A stretch of 64,000 bases of DNA from an uncultured Terrimonas sp. (GTDB taxonomy: Bacteria; Bacteroidota; Bacteroidia; Chitinophagales; Chitinophagaceae), in assembly GCA_964604365.1 (NCBI GenBank), contig CAZRYS010000028.1:3032-67031 (forward strand). The letters run 5' to 3'. The notes below the pieces were generated by a model. It saw only the letters and a list, made by a program, of their open reading frames with translations. It was not told where the DNA came from and ran no database searches. Made by a program: the position numbers and the translations under genes. Positions 10,518 through 20,856 of the stretch are shown piece after piece (positions within the stretch are counted from its first letter, which is position 1; every line of letters starts with the position of its first letter).

Positions 10518-11486
10518 ATGTCACATTTGCAAAAATGTAATGATATGGAAACAGCTACTCACGCAATGGCAGCGCTTACTAAAGAAAACTGGATTCAATA
10601 TATAGAACAACTGCAGGATACTATTTGCGAGTCATTAGAAACAGCAGATGGTAAAGCCACTTTTGCAGAAGATAAGTGGACGCGGGAAGGTGGCGGTGGT
10701 GGCAGAACCCGCGTAATTGCCGGTGGTAATGTTTTTGAAAAGGGGGGCGTCAATACTTCGGTGGTGTTTGGAAAAGTAACAGACCCCATGCGCAATCAAT
10801 TAAAAGTGGACGGTGATTCATGGTTTGCCTGCGGACTGAGTTTGGTTATTCATCCGGTTAATCCTTTTGTACCTACTACGCACGCCAATTGGCGATATTT
10901 TGAATTATATGATGCGGATGGAAACGTTATTGATCGTTGGTTTGGTGGTGGAGCAGACCTCACACCCTACTATCTTTTCGAAGAAGATGCAAAACATTTT
11001 CACCAAACCCTGCACGATGCAATAACGCCTTTTGGAGAAACCCTGTATAAGGAGTACAAACAACACTGCGACGAATATTTCAGCAATAAACACCGAAACA
11101 ATGAGATGCGGGGTATCGGCGGTGTGTTTTACGATTACCTCCGTGCAAAGTCGCAGGAGGATGCAGACAGACTATTTACATTTCAACAGGCAAATGGCAA
11201 TTGTTTTACAAAGGCATATATACCCATTGTTGAAAAAAGGAAAGATATTCCCTGGAACGAATCACAGAAATACTGGCAGGAAATCCGCCGCGGTCGTTAT
11301 GTTGAATTTAATCTCATTCACGATCGCGGGACCATATTTGGCTTAAAAACCAATGGTCGCACAGAGAGTATTCTGATGAGCCTGCCTCCAACCGTTCGGT
11401 TCGATTATAATTATCAGCCTATACCCGGCTCCGAAGAAGCAAAGTTGCTGGATGCTTGTCAACATCCAAAAGACTGGATATCCTGA
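10518..11486 (+). CDS. hemF: Oxygen-dependent coproporphyrinogen-III oxidase
   Basis: GGGGRTRVI, FEKGGVNTS, HPVNPFVPTTHANWRYF, RRGRYVEFNL, RTESILMSLP; true start may be a few codons downstream. Confidence 0.96.
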   Translation: MSHLQKCNDMETATHAMAALTKENWIQYIEQLQDTICESLETADGKATFAEDKWTREGGGGGRTRVIAGGNVFEKGGVNTSVVFGKVTDPMRNQLKVDGDSWFACGLSLVIHPVNPFVPTTHANWRYFELYDADGNVIDRWFGGGADLTPYYLFEEDAKHFHQTLHDAITPFGETLYKEYKQHCDEYFSNKHRNNEMRGIGGVFYDYLRAKSQEDADRLFTFQQANGNCFTKAYIPIVEKRKDIPWNESQKYWQEIRRGRYVEFNLIHDRGTIFGLKTNGRTESILMSLPPTVRFDYNYQPIPGSEEAKLLDACQHPKDWIS

Positions 11487-11566
11487 GTATCAAATGCCTG
11501 ATTTGATTTTTTGAAGACACGATAGTGGTAGAATAACTTACTACCTTTACGCTTTTAACTACGCAC

Positions 11567-12544
11567 ATGTATTTACAAAAACGAAACAGGATACTCAGAA
11601 AGAGTGCTGCAATCAGAAGCCTGGTAGCCGAAACTACGCTTACGCCCAATGACTTTATATTACCGGTATTTGTAGACGAGGGAAAAGATATCCAGTTTGA
11701 AATTCCATCCATGCCGGGATATTACCGTTATTCTCTGGATTTGCTGTTGAAAGAGGTAAAAGCTGCCTGGTCCCTGGGAATAAAAAGTGTGTTGATTTTT
11801 GTAAAGGCAAAAGACGATGTAAAAGATAATACGGGTAAAGAAGCATGGAATCCGGACGGATTGATGCAACGCACCATAAAATCAATAAAAGATGCAGTGC
11901 CTGAGATGGTGGTGATGACAGATGTAGCGTTGGATCCCTATTCGATATATGGTCATGACGGAATTGTTAAAGACGGAAAAATTGTGAATGACGAAACGGT
12001 GGATGCGTTGGTAAAAATGAGCCTGAGTCATGCGGTTGCAGGTGCCGATTTTGTGGCACCAAGTGATATGATGGATGGAAGAATAGGGAGCATCCGCGAA
12101 GCTTTAGAAGAAAGTGGTTTTACAGAAACAGGCATCATGGCCTACAGTGCTAAATATGCTTCCTGCTTTTACGGACCCTTTAGGGATGCCCTGGACAGTG
12201 CTCCGGGTTTTGGTGATAAGAAGACCTACCAGATGAACTACGCCAATAGACAGGAAGCTATTACCGAAGTGTTGCAGGATGTAGAAGAAGGAGCTGATAT
12301 AGTAATGGTAAAACCCGCTATGGCCTACCTGGACATAATACGGGAAGTTAAAAATACGGTATCCATTCCCGTAAGTGCCTATCATGTTAGTGGTGAATAT
12401 GCTATGATAAAGGCCGCAGCAAAAATGGGCTGGCTGGATGAGAACAAAGCAATCATTGAAAGTCTCACGGCAATCAAAAGAAGTGGGGCGGATCTGATGG
12501 CTACTTATTTTGCCAAAGACGCGGTGAAGCTACTGCAGAGCTAG
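11567..12544 (+). CDS. hemB: Porphobilinogen synthase (ALA dehydratase)
   Basis: DVALDPYSIYGHDG, SDMMDGR, YSAKYAS, DKKTYQM, MVKP. Confidence 0.97.
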   Translation: MYLQKRNRILRKSAAIRSLVAETTLTPNDFILPVFVDEGKDIQFEIPSMPGYYRYSLDLLLKEVKAAWSLGIKSVLIFVKAKDDVKDNTGKEAWNPDGLMQRTIKSIKDAVPEMVVMTDVALDPYSIYGHDGIVKDGKIVNDETVDALVKMSLSHAVAGADFVAPSDMMDGRIGSIREALEESGFTETGIMAYSAKYASCFYGPFRDALDSAPGFGDKKTYQMNYANRQEAITEVLQDVEEGADIVMVKPAMAYLDIIREVKNTVSIPVSAYHVSGEYAMIKAAAKMGWLDENKAIIESLTAIKRSGADLMATYFAKDAVKLLQS

Positions 12545-12560
12545 CTTCTATTACAGCCAA

Positions 12561-13214
12561 TCAATTGCTTTCTATGTATTGTCCAATTTCCAGAAGATCC
12601 TGAAAATCGGTTATCAATCTGCTTTGCGCTTCGGTATCATGGATTTTCAAAGGAGCGGTATCAGGTTGTTTGATTTGGTGAATCAATGTTTCATTTTCAA
12701 AGTAGCTTCGGATTGCTTCGATTGAAGATTTACTGAAATCAAAAACCTCCGAGTCGTCATTTTTTTTCATGGCTGTGCTATCGTAGTAAAATGGACGATT
12801 GTATTTATAGGATCGCTCAAATACAAAAGACAATACCCCTTCTTTTAAATAATATTCTGCCAATCTTTGATAGGTTTCGCCGAATTCCCTAACGATAATC
12901 TTTTCCAGGTACTGCTGATAATAGAAACTGATTTCCCCGCCCTCCCCAATGTCAATTTTGGTTTTTTTAATGGTACTCCAATCGGATATGCTATTAATTC
13001 GGTGAAAATTTTTTCGAATAACTTCCAGCTTGTTTTTCTGCGAGTTTTCTATTTCATTGTCCTTTTGCGAAGGTTCATCTTCTTTATTAGCACTTTCAGG
13101 TATCTTATCAAAGTTGGCAGAAGTTGGTTTAACCAATGTGTTAGCAGGTTTTTGCTGTTGGGTATGGCATCCGCCTAAGCCGACAAGAAGTAACAGTAAA
13201 AACAGGTTTTGCAT
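12561..13214 (-). CDS. Hypothetical lipoprotein
   Basis: ATG 13214 gives MQNLFLLLLLVGLGGC (lipobox), an acidic linker and a globular domain; 217 aa. Confidence 0.7.
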   Translation of the reverse strand: MQNLFLLLLLVGLGGCHTQQQKPANTLVKPTSANFDKIPESANKEDEPSQKDNEIENSQKNKLEVIRKNFHRINSISDWSTIKKTKIDIGEGGEISFYYQQYLEKIIVREFGETYQRLAEYYLKEGVLSFVFERSYKYNRPFYYDSTAMKKNDDSEVFDFSKSSIEAIRSYFENETLIHQIKQPDTAPLKIHDTEAQSRLITDFQDLLEIGQYIESN

Positions 13215-13322
13215 ATTATACAAGCTACAAAAAAAAATGATCCATAGTTTATAGGTAAGCATCCCGGCTGTAATACAATACTGCAGACATTTTGTATCTT
13301 CATTACCACTTAACAAGCATCT

Positions 13323-13799
13323 ATGAACCTTTTTGTCCAGATGTTGAAGAACCCGGTAAAGTACAGGTTGTTTTTATTGACAAAGCTACCTGCAGCATTT
13401 TTTTCGGGTTTACGAATAAAGACGATTACGGAAGAAAAATGTGTGGTCACTGTTCCATATAAATGGTTTACAAAAAACCCATTTCGGTCTACCTATTTTG
13501 CCTGCCTGGCAATGGCAGCAGAAATGAGTACAGGGGCCCTGGTGTTGGCACATATTTATAAGCGTAAGCCCTCTGTTTCCATGTTGGTAACCCAAATGAC
13601 AGCAGAGTATTATAAAAAAGCAGTTGGCATTACTGCTTTTGTTTGCAAAGATGGCAGAGCGCTCAAAGATGCGGTGGAAGAGGCAATCGAAATGAACGGC
13701 TCCAACACCATTACAGTTAAAACAACGGGCACCAATAATAAAGGAGAACTGATAGCGGAGTTCGCATTTACCTGGTCATTGAAGGTGCGAAATCGATAG
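13323..13799 (+). CDS. DUF4442 / hot-dog-fold thioesterase-like protein
   Basis: KLPAAFFSG, KNPFRSTYFACLAMAAEMSTG, YYKKAVG. Confidence 0.85.
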   Translation: MNLFVQMLKNPVKYRLFLLTKLPAAFFSGLRIKTITEEKCVVTVPYKWFTKNPFRSTYFACLAMAAEMSTGALVLAHIYKRKPSVSMLVTQMTAEYYKKAVGITAFVCKDGRALKDAVEEAIEMNGSNTITVKTTGTNNKGELIAEFAFTWSLKVRNR

Positions 13800-13919
13800 T
13801 CGTTGGGATTTGAGCTGTAGATGCCTGCTGAAAAGGCATAGCGGGGGAGTGTGTGCAAAATTTTAACCGTATTTTGCCGTATAATTCTATATTTGCCAAA
13901 TTCAACTATTTTTAGTTTT

Positions 13920-15035
13920 ATGAAGTTCATCGTTTCGTCCTCAGCTTTATTGAAACAACTGCAGCACATTAGCGGGATTGTGAGTGCTAACACTGTTTTG
14001 CCTATTCTGGAAGATTTCCTGTTCGAAATCGAAAAAAATCGCCTGACAGTAGTAGCCACGGACCTTGAAACCGTTATGAAGATTCATATGGATATAGAAT
14101 CCCGCGAAACCGGGAAAATCTGTATTCCGGCTAAAATTCTGATTGACTCCCTCAAAAACCTGCCAGACCAGCCTTTAACATTTACCATAGAGAAGAATTT
14201 TGGTATTGAAATTACCAGCGATAATGGTAAGTATAAGGTAATGGGAGAAAATCCTGATAATTTCCCTAAAGAGCCCGAGACTAAAAATGCCAGCCAGTTT
14301 ACCATGACGTCTTCTACATTGGTAACGGCAATTAATAAAACGCTGTTTGCTGTAAGTAATGATGATCTTCGTCCGGCGATGACAGGGGTGTATTTTGAAC
14401 TGGATAAAAAGTCTATCACTTTTGTCGCCACAGATGCCCATCGCCTGGTAAAATTTCGCAAAACGGATGTAAACTGCCCGGAGAAGCACTCATTTATTGT
14501 GCCTAAAAAACCCCTGAATCTGCTAAAAAGTGCCTTACCGGATAACGAAGACGAACTCAAAATTTCTTATAACGATAATCACTTGTTTGTGGATCATGGT
14601 AAAACTGAATTAGTGTGTCGCCTGATTGACGCTCGTTTTCCGGATTACAAAGTGGTGATACCGGCGGAGAATCCCTATAAAATGACGGTTAACCGCCAGG
14701 ACTTCCAAAATGCTTTGAAGCGGGTAAGCGTGTTTAGTAATAAAAGTACTAACCAGGTAGCCCTTACCATCAGCGGTGCTGAATTGCAACTGGCGGCGCA
14801 GGACGTAGACTTCAGTTTTGAAGGTAATGAGAGAATGAACTGCTCCTATGAAGGAGAGGACATACAAATAGCCTTCAATGCTAAATTTTTAGTAGAACTG
14901 TTAAGTGCTACCACAAGCCCTGAAGTAGTGCTGGAGCTCTCTACTCCTTCCAAAGCCGGAATTTTGGTGCCGGTAGAAAAAGAAGAGAATGAGGACCTGT
15001 TGATGCTGGCAATGCCGCTAATGCTGAACCAGTAA
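13920..15035 (+). CDS. dnaN: DNA polymerase III beta clamp
   Basis: MKFIVSSSALLKQL, LPILEDFLFE, ATDAHRLV, LIDARFPDY, MPLMLN; ATG 13920 follows a TATATTTG promoter element. Confidence 0.97.
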   Translation: MKFIVSSSALLKQLQHISGIVSANTVLPILEDFLFEIEKNRLTVVATDLETVMKIHMDIESRETGKICIPAKILIDSLKNLPDQPLTFTIEKNFGIEITSDNGKYKVMGENPDNFPKEPETKNASQFTMTSSTLVTAINKTLFAVSNDDLRPAMTGVYFELDKKSITFVATDAHRLVKFRKTDVNCPEKHSFIVPKKPLNLLKSALPDNEDELKISYNDNHLFVDHGKTELVCRLIDARFPDYKVVIPAENPYKMTVNRQDFQNALKRVSVFSNKSTNQVALTISGAELQLAAQDVDFSFEGNERMNCSYEGEDIQIAFNAKFLVELLSATTSPEVVLELSTPSKAGILVPVEKEENEDLLMLAMPLMLNQ

Positions 15036-15045
15036 TTTTCCTGCC

Positions 15046-15444
15046 ATGAATACGGTGCCGGTAAGGAGTTTCGACAATTATATTGAAGCAAACATATTAC
15101 TGGGCAAACTTCAAAATGAGGGTATATCCTGTTTCTTAAGGGACGAGTTTACTGTAACTATTGATCCTATTTTGACCAATGCCTTAGGTGGCATCAAGCT
15201 GGAAGTGCCGGAAGATCAGGTTTGGATGGCTCAAAAACTGATAGAACAGTTTGATAAAGAGCGGAAAGAACATCTTAAATGTTCTGTATGTGGTTCCGGA
15301 GACGTAGAATATGTAAGCAATCCTTCTAAATCCGGCAATTGGATTAGCAATATTATTTCCTACTTATTTTCAGGCTATAGTGTGAGCGTTAAAAAAGCAT
15401 ACCATTGTTTTCATTGTGGAAATGATTTTGATGACCTGGACTAA
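15046..15444 (+). CDS. DUF2007-like protein with C-terminal zinc ribbon
   Basis: EANILLGKLQNEGI...GGIKLEV (DUF2007-like); CSVC...CFHC. Confidence 0.8.
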   Translation: MNTVPVRSFDNYIEANILLGKLQNEGISCFLRDEFTVTIDPILTNALGGIKLEVPEDQVWMAQKLIEQFDKERKEHLKCSVCGSGDVEYVSNPSKSGNWISNIISYLFSGYSVSVKKAYHCFHCGNDFDDLD

Positions 15445-15518
15445 GAAATTTAACTACAGGCGACCCGGAAAGATAGCCTTCGGGGCTAAGTCACTACATT
15501 TGCAAAAAATAAGAATTT

Positions 15519-15827
15519 ATGTCGGAACAACAACCTAATCAGTTAAACATAGAAATCTCGGAAGAAATTGCAGAAGGAGTGTATGCGAACCTGGCGATTA
15601 TAACACATAGTCATGCAGAGTTCGTAGTAGATTTCGTGAATGTAATGCCCGGCACCCCGAAAAGTAAGGTAAAATCAAGGCTCATTTTGACACCTCAGCA
15701 TGCCAAACGTTTTATGAAGGCATTAATAGATAATGTAAAACGCTTTGAAGCGGCTAATGGCACCATTCAGGATATCGAAGAAATTCAAGTTCCGATGAAT
15801 TTTGGTGGACCTACAGCACAGGCATAA
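15519..15827 (+). CDS. DUF3467 family protein
   Basis: EGVYANLAIITHSHAEFVVDF, SRLILTPQHAKR. Confidence 0.88.
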   Translation: MSEQQPNQLNIEISEEIAEGVYANLAIITHSHAEFVVDFVNVMPGTPKSKVKSRLILTPQHAKRFMKALIDNVKRFEAANGTIQDIEEIQVPMNFGGPTAQA

Positions 15828-15896
15828 CTTTATTTGGCGTTAGCAACGCCAGTTATCACGGATAAAAATGGATGGAGCCGCTTAAGTTATTAAACA

Positions 15897-16541
15897 CTAG
15901 GGAGCCAATCTTTCTATTTTCCAGCTGTTCTCTTCCAGCGTGTATTGAATTCTATCGTGCAATCTGCTGGCTCTGCCTTGCCAAAACTCAACAATGATGG
16001 GTTTCACTATAAAACCACCCCAATGATCCGGGCGACTTATAGTAGTTCCCTGCAACCTTTCCTGGTTTTGTAGGTACTGATTGTCTATCCATTCCCTGTT
16101 TTCGATGACAGCACTTTGGGGCGATGTGATGGCACCAATTCGGCTGGCTTCAGGACGTGAAAGAAAATACTGGTCGCTGTCAACAGCAGACGTTCTGGTC
16201 ACCAATCCTGTAATCCTTACCTGGCGTTCCAACTCTTTCCAGAAAAACACCAAACAAGCCTTAGGATTTTCTTCCAACTGCCGGCCTTTGAAACTATTGT
16301 AATTCGTGAAAAAAGTAAAGCCCCTTTCAGAAAACTCCTTTAGCAAAACGATCCTGGCAGAAGGAAAGCCATCAGTGGAGGCCGTTGCGAGGGTCATCGC
16401 GTTCACTTCCTCTATTTGAGAAGACATAGCCTCGTCCCACCATTTTTTAAATTGTTGAATCGGGTCTTTTGCTATTTCTGCTTCAGTTAAAGTGGATTTG
16501 GTATAACTCTGTCGTATCGCTGCTATATCCGGATAAGCCAT
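15897..16541 (-). CDS. pdxH: Pyridoxamine 5'-phosphate oxidase
   Basis: AMTLATA, RIVLLK, FFTNYNSFKG, EFWQGRASRLHDR. Confidence 0.97.
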   Translation of the reverse strand: MAYPDIAAIRQSYTKSTLTEAEIAKDPIQQFKKWWDEAMSSQIEEVNAMTLATASTDGFPSARIVLLKEFSERGFTFFTNYNSFKGRQLEENPKACLVFFWKELERQVRITGLVTRTSAVDSDQYFLSRPEASRIGAITSPQSAVIENREWIDNQYLQNQERLQGTTISRPDHWGGFIVKPIIVEFWQGRASRLHDRIQYTLEENSWKIERLAP

Positions 16542-17052
16542 AAAAGATTTTTTACAAAACTACTTTATAACTTGTTTTCAATGCATAAAATGAAATAATG
16601 CCGGCGATAGAAATCGTCGGCCTTTTGCTTACCTCTGAAACCACAAAAAGACTATTTGTTTGTTTTAAAACTTGCTGGTTGTTCGAAGATTGAGATCATT
16701 CAATTCTTCGTTTATTTACATAGCCGGATTCAAAGCCCTCACAGTTAACTGACTGTAAAATGCCGGTTCAAATACTCGGGAATAAGGTTTGATTGGAATA
16801 AAAAGCTAAACTAGTGTAGTAAACTGCATATTTGATAACTAATTATTTTACAGAATCTCCTCTGATAAAACCTTTCATCTGTAAAATATGAGTTGCCAAT
16901 TAGTAGAATCTTACACTAAAGACGGTTATATCAAACACTAAAATAATGCGTAACTAGATAACTTCAAAGAAATTAATAAAACAATTTCTATCATATATGA
17001 AAACACTTATCAGATATTAGTGTCAATTACACAGGATGCTCAATCGAAATTA

Positions 17053-17946
17053 TTATTTCTTCAATGCTTTTAGTTCTCCCTCAGCAGCATTGTTCAACCT
17101 CTTGATTTTATAGGTATACCATTTTTCGGGAAAATTCTTTTTCATGAAGGTGTCGATATTTCGCATGCCTATCAGGTTCCATAAACCGCGGGCTTTACCC
17201 AAGGGAGAGCTTTGCATAGATCGCAGGCTCATTGCAAACCCATTATCAAGGTACTCCATATGGTGCCAGTATCCGGAGGGCATGTAAAGGGTATCGCCGT
17301 GTTCCAGCGTTGTCTCATATCCATTCGCATATTTGGTTGCCGGAAATTTTTCATAGTCCGGATTGTCGGTATTATCATGATAATGCGAGAAATCTACCAG
17401 GCTTTGCACCTCAAAAGGCTTTCTGTATAGTTTTTTTTGCTCTTGATAGGGAAACAATAATACTTTTTTCCTACCCATAAACTGGGTATGAAATACATGC
17501 GACAGATCGATGTCAAAGTGCATATGGGTGATAGATGTAGCCCCACCTACAAAAAGCATCGGAAATCTTTTCACAAATCCTTTCGCCAGATGATCCGGCC
17601 ACTCAAAGTCTGTTGTTAACTGAGGGGCATGATCGAAGATGTTGAACAGGAATATGCGCCAGCCAGCCGGTCCCTCGTTGATCATGTCCACATATTCACT
17701 GAACGTTTTGTAACCATTAGGGGTGTTTACGGGGGTGAATGCATCTGTTTTGATGTTGTTGTAAATCCCCACTTTTTTGTCGCCGACTATTTCTTTAAAA
17801 TATTCCCAATTCCATTTTTGAAAAGCAGGCCAATTTCTCGATAATGTTTTGATTACTGCCGGTTTTGAAACCTGATAATAGTTACGTTTGAAAGCCTCGG
17901 GATCGATTTCATCAAACGTATCAACTGCTTGTAAGAGCATATTCAA
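17053..17946 (-). CDS. JmjC/cupin-like Fe(II)/2OG oxygenase
   Basis: THMHFDID and WHHMEY (HxD...H triad), GDTLYMPSGYWH; 297 aa. Confidence 0.85.
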   Translation of the reverse strand: MNMLLQAVDTFDEIDPEAFKRNYYQVSKPAVIKTLSRNWPAFQKWNWEYFKEIVGDKKVGIYNNIKTDAFTPVNTPNGYKTFSEYVDMINEGPAGWRIFLFNIFDHAPQLTTDFEWPDHLAKGFVKRFPMLFVGGATSITHMHFDIDLSHVFHTQFMGRKKVLLFPYQEQKKLYRKPFEVQSLVDFSHYHDNTDNPDYEKFPATKYANGYETTLEHGDTLYMPSGYWHHMEYLDNGFAMSLRSMQSSPLGKARGLWNLIGMRNIDTFMKKNFPEKWYTYKIKRLNNAAEGELKALKK

Positions 17947-18079
17947 GAAGAGTTAATACAACAAATGTAATATATTGAATCATGCAAGCCTCCCGAACCA
18001 AAATAATTTAGCAAACCGTGTGAAAGATCACAAATAATTGATAAATTATAGAATTGGATAGTATCAAATAAAATAGTTA

Positions 18080-18667
18080 ATGAATTTTCTTGCACATGCA
18101 TACCTTTCTTTCAATGAGCCTGATATCATCGCAGGAAATATGTTCAGTGATTTTGTAAAGGGGAAGCGACGTTTTGATTACTCCGAAGGAGTACAAAAAG
18201 GTATCATGCTGCACAGGGCTATCGATGAGTTTACAGATAAACATCCTGTTACTAAAAGTGCAGCTGGCTTTTTTCGGCCGCAGTATGGTTTATACGCCGG
18301 GTCTTTCATGGATGTGGTATATGATCATTTTCTTGCCAAAGACACAGAAAGGTTTAGTAATGATAGTTTGTTGCATTTTTCGCTGAATGTGTATCAGACA
18401 CTGGATAAGTATGAAACAGTGATGCCGGAGAAATTCAGACTGATGTTTCCCTTTATGAAAAAACAAAACTGGTTGTATAATTATCAGTTCAAAGATGGTA
18501 TTTATAATAGTTTAAGGGGGCTGGTTCACCGGGCAGCTTATATTACGGACAGCCAACCTGCTATAGCAGTGCTGGAAGACAACTATGAAAATTTCCAACA
18601 GTTTTACCAGTTGTTTTTTCCCGAAATGGAAGCTTTCGCGAAAAAATCGATGGACCAATATCCCTGA
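18080..18667 (+). CDS. acpH: ACP phosphodiesterase (DUF479)
   Basis: MNFLAHAYLS, GNMFSDFVKG, HRAIDEFTD, DVVYDHFLA. Confidence 0.88.
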   Translation: MNFLAHAYLSFNEPDIIAGNMFSDFVKGKRRFDYSEGVQKGIMLHRAIDEFTDKHPVTKSAAGFFRPQYGLYAGSFMDVVYDHFLAKDTERFSNDSLLHFSLNVYQTLDKYETVMPEKFRLMFPFMKKQNWLYNYQFKDGIYNSLRGLVHRAAYITDSQPAIAVLEDNYENFQQFYQLFFPEMEAFAKKSMDQYP

Positions 18668-18740
18668 TTTTCACATTTCTCACATTCCGGCTATTTCCCT
18701 TTTATTACGCCTCGGTACCCTACCTTTGCATTATAGTTTT

Positions 18741-20738
18741 ATGAATATGCAATGGTATTGTGAATCATTAACGGATTATAAGCGACTTAAAACCAGGGAG
18801 GTAAAGGTCGGAGATTTGCTGTTGGGCAATTTTAACCCTATACGTTTGCAAACGATGACCACTACGGACACGATGGATACAATGGGTACGGTGGAACAAA
18901 CCATCCGTTGTATTGAAGCCGGAGCAGAATTGGTGCGCATTACAGCCCCCAGTAAAAAGGAAGCCGAAAACCTGCTGGTTATAAAGAACGAATTGCATAA
19001 GCGTGGATACAAGACACCGCTGGTTGCCGACATTCATTTTACGCCGAATGCCGCCGAAGTGGCTGCCCGTATTATAGAAAAGGTGAGGGTGAACCCCGGC
19101 AACTATATCGATAAAAAGAAGTTTGAATTCATTGAATACACCGATAGTGAATACAATGCAGAGATAGATCGAATACAACAGCGGTTTACACCACTGGTGA
19201 AAATATGTAAAGAATATGGCACTGCTATGCGGATCGGCACCAACCACGGCTCGCTCAGCGACCGCATTATGAGTCGCTATGGCGATACTCCGATAGGAAT
19301 GGTGGAAAGTGCCATGGAATTTCTCCGCATCGCCCGCTATGAAGACTACCACAACATAGTACTGAGTATGAAATCCAGTAATCCACAGGTAATGGTGCAG
19401 GCATACCGGCTGCTGGTAAAACAAATGCAGGAAGAGTTTAATGAATGTTATCCTTTACATCTTGGTGTAACTGAAGCGGGTGATGGAGAAGACGGGCGAA
19501 TAAAATCCGCCATTGGTATAGGTGCTTTGTTGGAAGATGGATTGGGAGATACCATACGGGTATCCTTAACCGAAGACCCGGAGTTGGAAATGCCTGTGTG
19601 CCGGGACATTGTAAAAAGATATACCCTTGCTACCCAAAAGCAACCGGATGTTTCTGGTGCAACCGCATTACCTTATTCACCTTTTGAATACAAACGTCGG
19701 GAAAGCCTTGCAGTAGACAGAGTAGGGGGCGGGCTGGTGCCGGTGGTAATTGCAGACCTGAGCAAGGCTGGAATAATTAGTCCGGAAACGCTAACCAGTA
19801 TTGGATATACTTATAGTGAACAATTGGACAAGTGGAATATTGGCGATGCAGCAGCAGACTATATTTATATTAAAGAATCAAACATTGACTTCCCTTTGCC
19901 GGGTACGCTAAAGGTGGTAGTGCCTGGAACTATCTGGAAAGATAGCAGGGATAAAGAAAAGTATTTCCCGCTTTTTGAACCTACGGACTATTTTAACACT
20001 GTAGTGAAAAGTGCGGTTGCCAATTTTATTTTTCTGGATGCGAATGATTCGGATGCAGAAAAGCAGGCAGAGTTACTTAAAAATGACCCTACGGTTATTT
20101 TTTGTATCTATAGTACAGCTTCTAATGCAATGCAATCGGTGCGTCAATTGATTACATTTCTACAAGACAGCGGTATAAAAAATCCGGTGGTATTAGTAAC
20201 TGACAGCAATTGGCAAACCTCGGACGAACACCTCATCCATTTTGCCACCGAAACCGGAGCCTTATTGTTGGAGGGGATGGGAGACGGCATTTCTTTGGGC
20301 ATGACAAAAGAAGCATACAATGGAAGTTATAGTCAGCGTAATGCCAGTGGTAGAAACTACACCAGCAACCGATCTGTAGAAGAATTTATCAATAACACGG
20401 CTTTCTCCATATTGCAGGCTACGCGGACGCGCATTTCTAAAACAGAATATATATCCTGTCCTTCCTGTGGCAGAACGTTATTTGACCTGCAGGAAACAAC
20501 AGCGAAAATAAGAGCGGTTACTAACCATCTAAAGGGAGTAAAAATTGCAATCATGGGCTGTATTGTTAACGGACCCGGAGAAATGGCAGATGCTGATTTC
20601 GGATATGTGGGCAGTGGCCCTGGAAAAATTACACTTTACAGGGGCAAGGAAGTGGTAAAAAGAGCTGTAAACAGCGACATAGCAGTGGAAGAACTGATTA
20701 ATCTCCTTAAAGAGAACGATGCCTGGGTAGAACCCTAA
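18741..20738 (+). CDS. ispG: 4-hydroxy-3-methylbut-2-en-1-yl diphosphate synthase (long type)
   Basis: RLQTMTTTDT, RIGTNHGSLS, HLGVTEAG, CPSCGR, MGCIVNGPGE; ATG 18741 follows TACCTTTG. Confidence 0.96.
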   Translation: MNMQWYCESLTDYKRLKTREVKVGDLLLGNFNPIRLQTMTTTDTMDTMGTVEQTIRCIEAGAELVRITAPSKKEAENLLVIKNELHKRGYKTPLVADIHFTPNAAEVAARIIEKVRVNPGNYIDKKKFEFIEYTDSEYNAEIDRIQQRFTPLVKICKEYGTAMRIGTNHGSLSDRIMSRYGDTPIGMVESAMEFLRIARYEDYHNIVLSMKSSNPQVMVQAYRLLVKQMQEEFNECYPLHLGVTEAGDGEDGRIKSAIGIGALLEDGLGDTIRVSLTEDPELEMPVCRDIVKRYTLATQKQPDVSGATALPYSPFEYKRRESLAVDRVGGGLVPVVIADLSKAGIISPETLTSIGYTYSEQLDKWNIGDAAADYIYIKESNIDFPLPGTLKVVVPGTIWKDSRDKEKYFPLFEPTDYFNTVVKSAVANFIFLDANDSDAEKQAELLKNDPTVIFCIYSTASNAMQSVRQLITFLQDSGIKNPVVLVTDSNWQTSDEHLIHFATETGALLLEGMGDGISLGMTKEAYNGSYSQRNASGRNYTSNRSVEEFINNTAFSILQATRTRISKTEYISCPSCGRTLFDLQETTAKIRAVTNHLKGVKIAIMGCIVNGPGEMADADFGYVGSGPGKITLYRGKEVVKRAVNSDIAVEELINLLKENDAWVEP

Positions 20739-20856
20739 AACCCAGTTCCGCAGAAATATTTGTGATCTAATCAATTGGCTGCAAGCATTCTTTATTATAG
20801 GGGATGCTTTGCAACCATCGGGGCATCATATTTGTCTTATTACATTTTAAACAAAA

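Noticed and set aside
13300-13322. GTTAAGT (GTTRRRY) upstream of the orphan lipoprotein as a cassette core site
   Set aside because: A single 7-mer occurs often by chance, and no partner box was found after the gene.
18585-18740. N-terminal extension of IspG in the ORF track
   Set aside because: It overlaps acpH, and a TACCTTTG promoter element lies just before ATG 18741.
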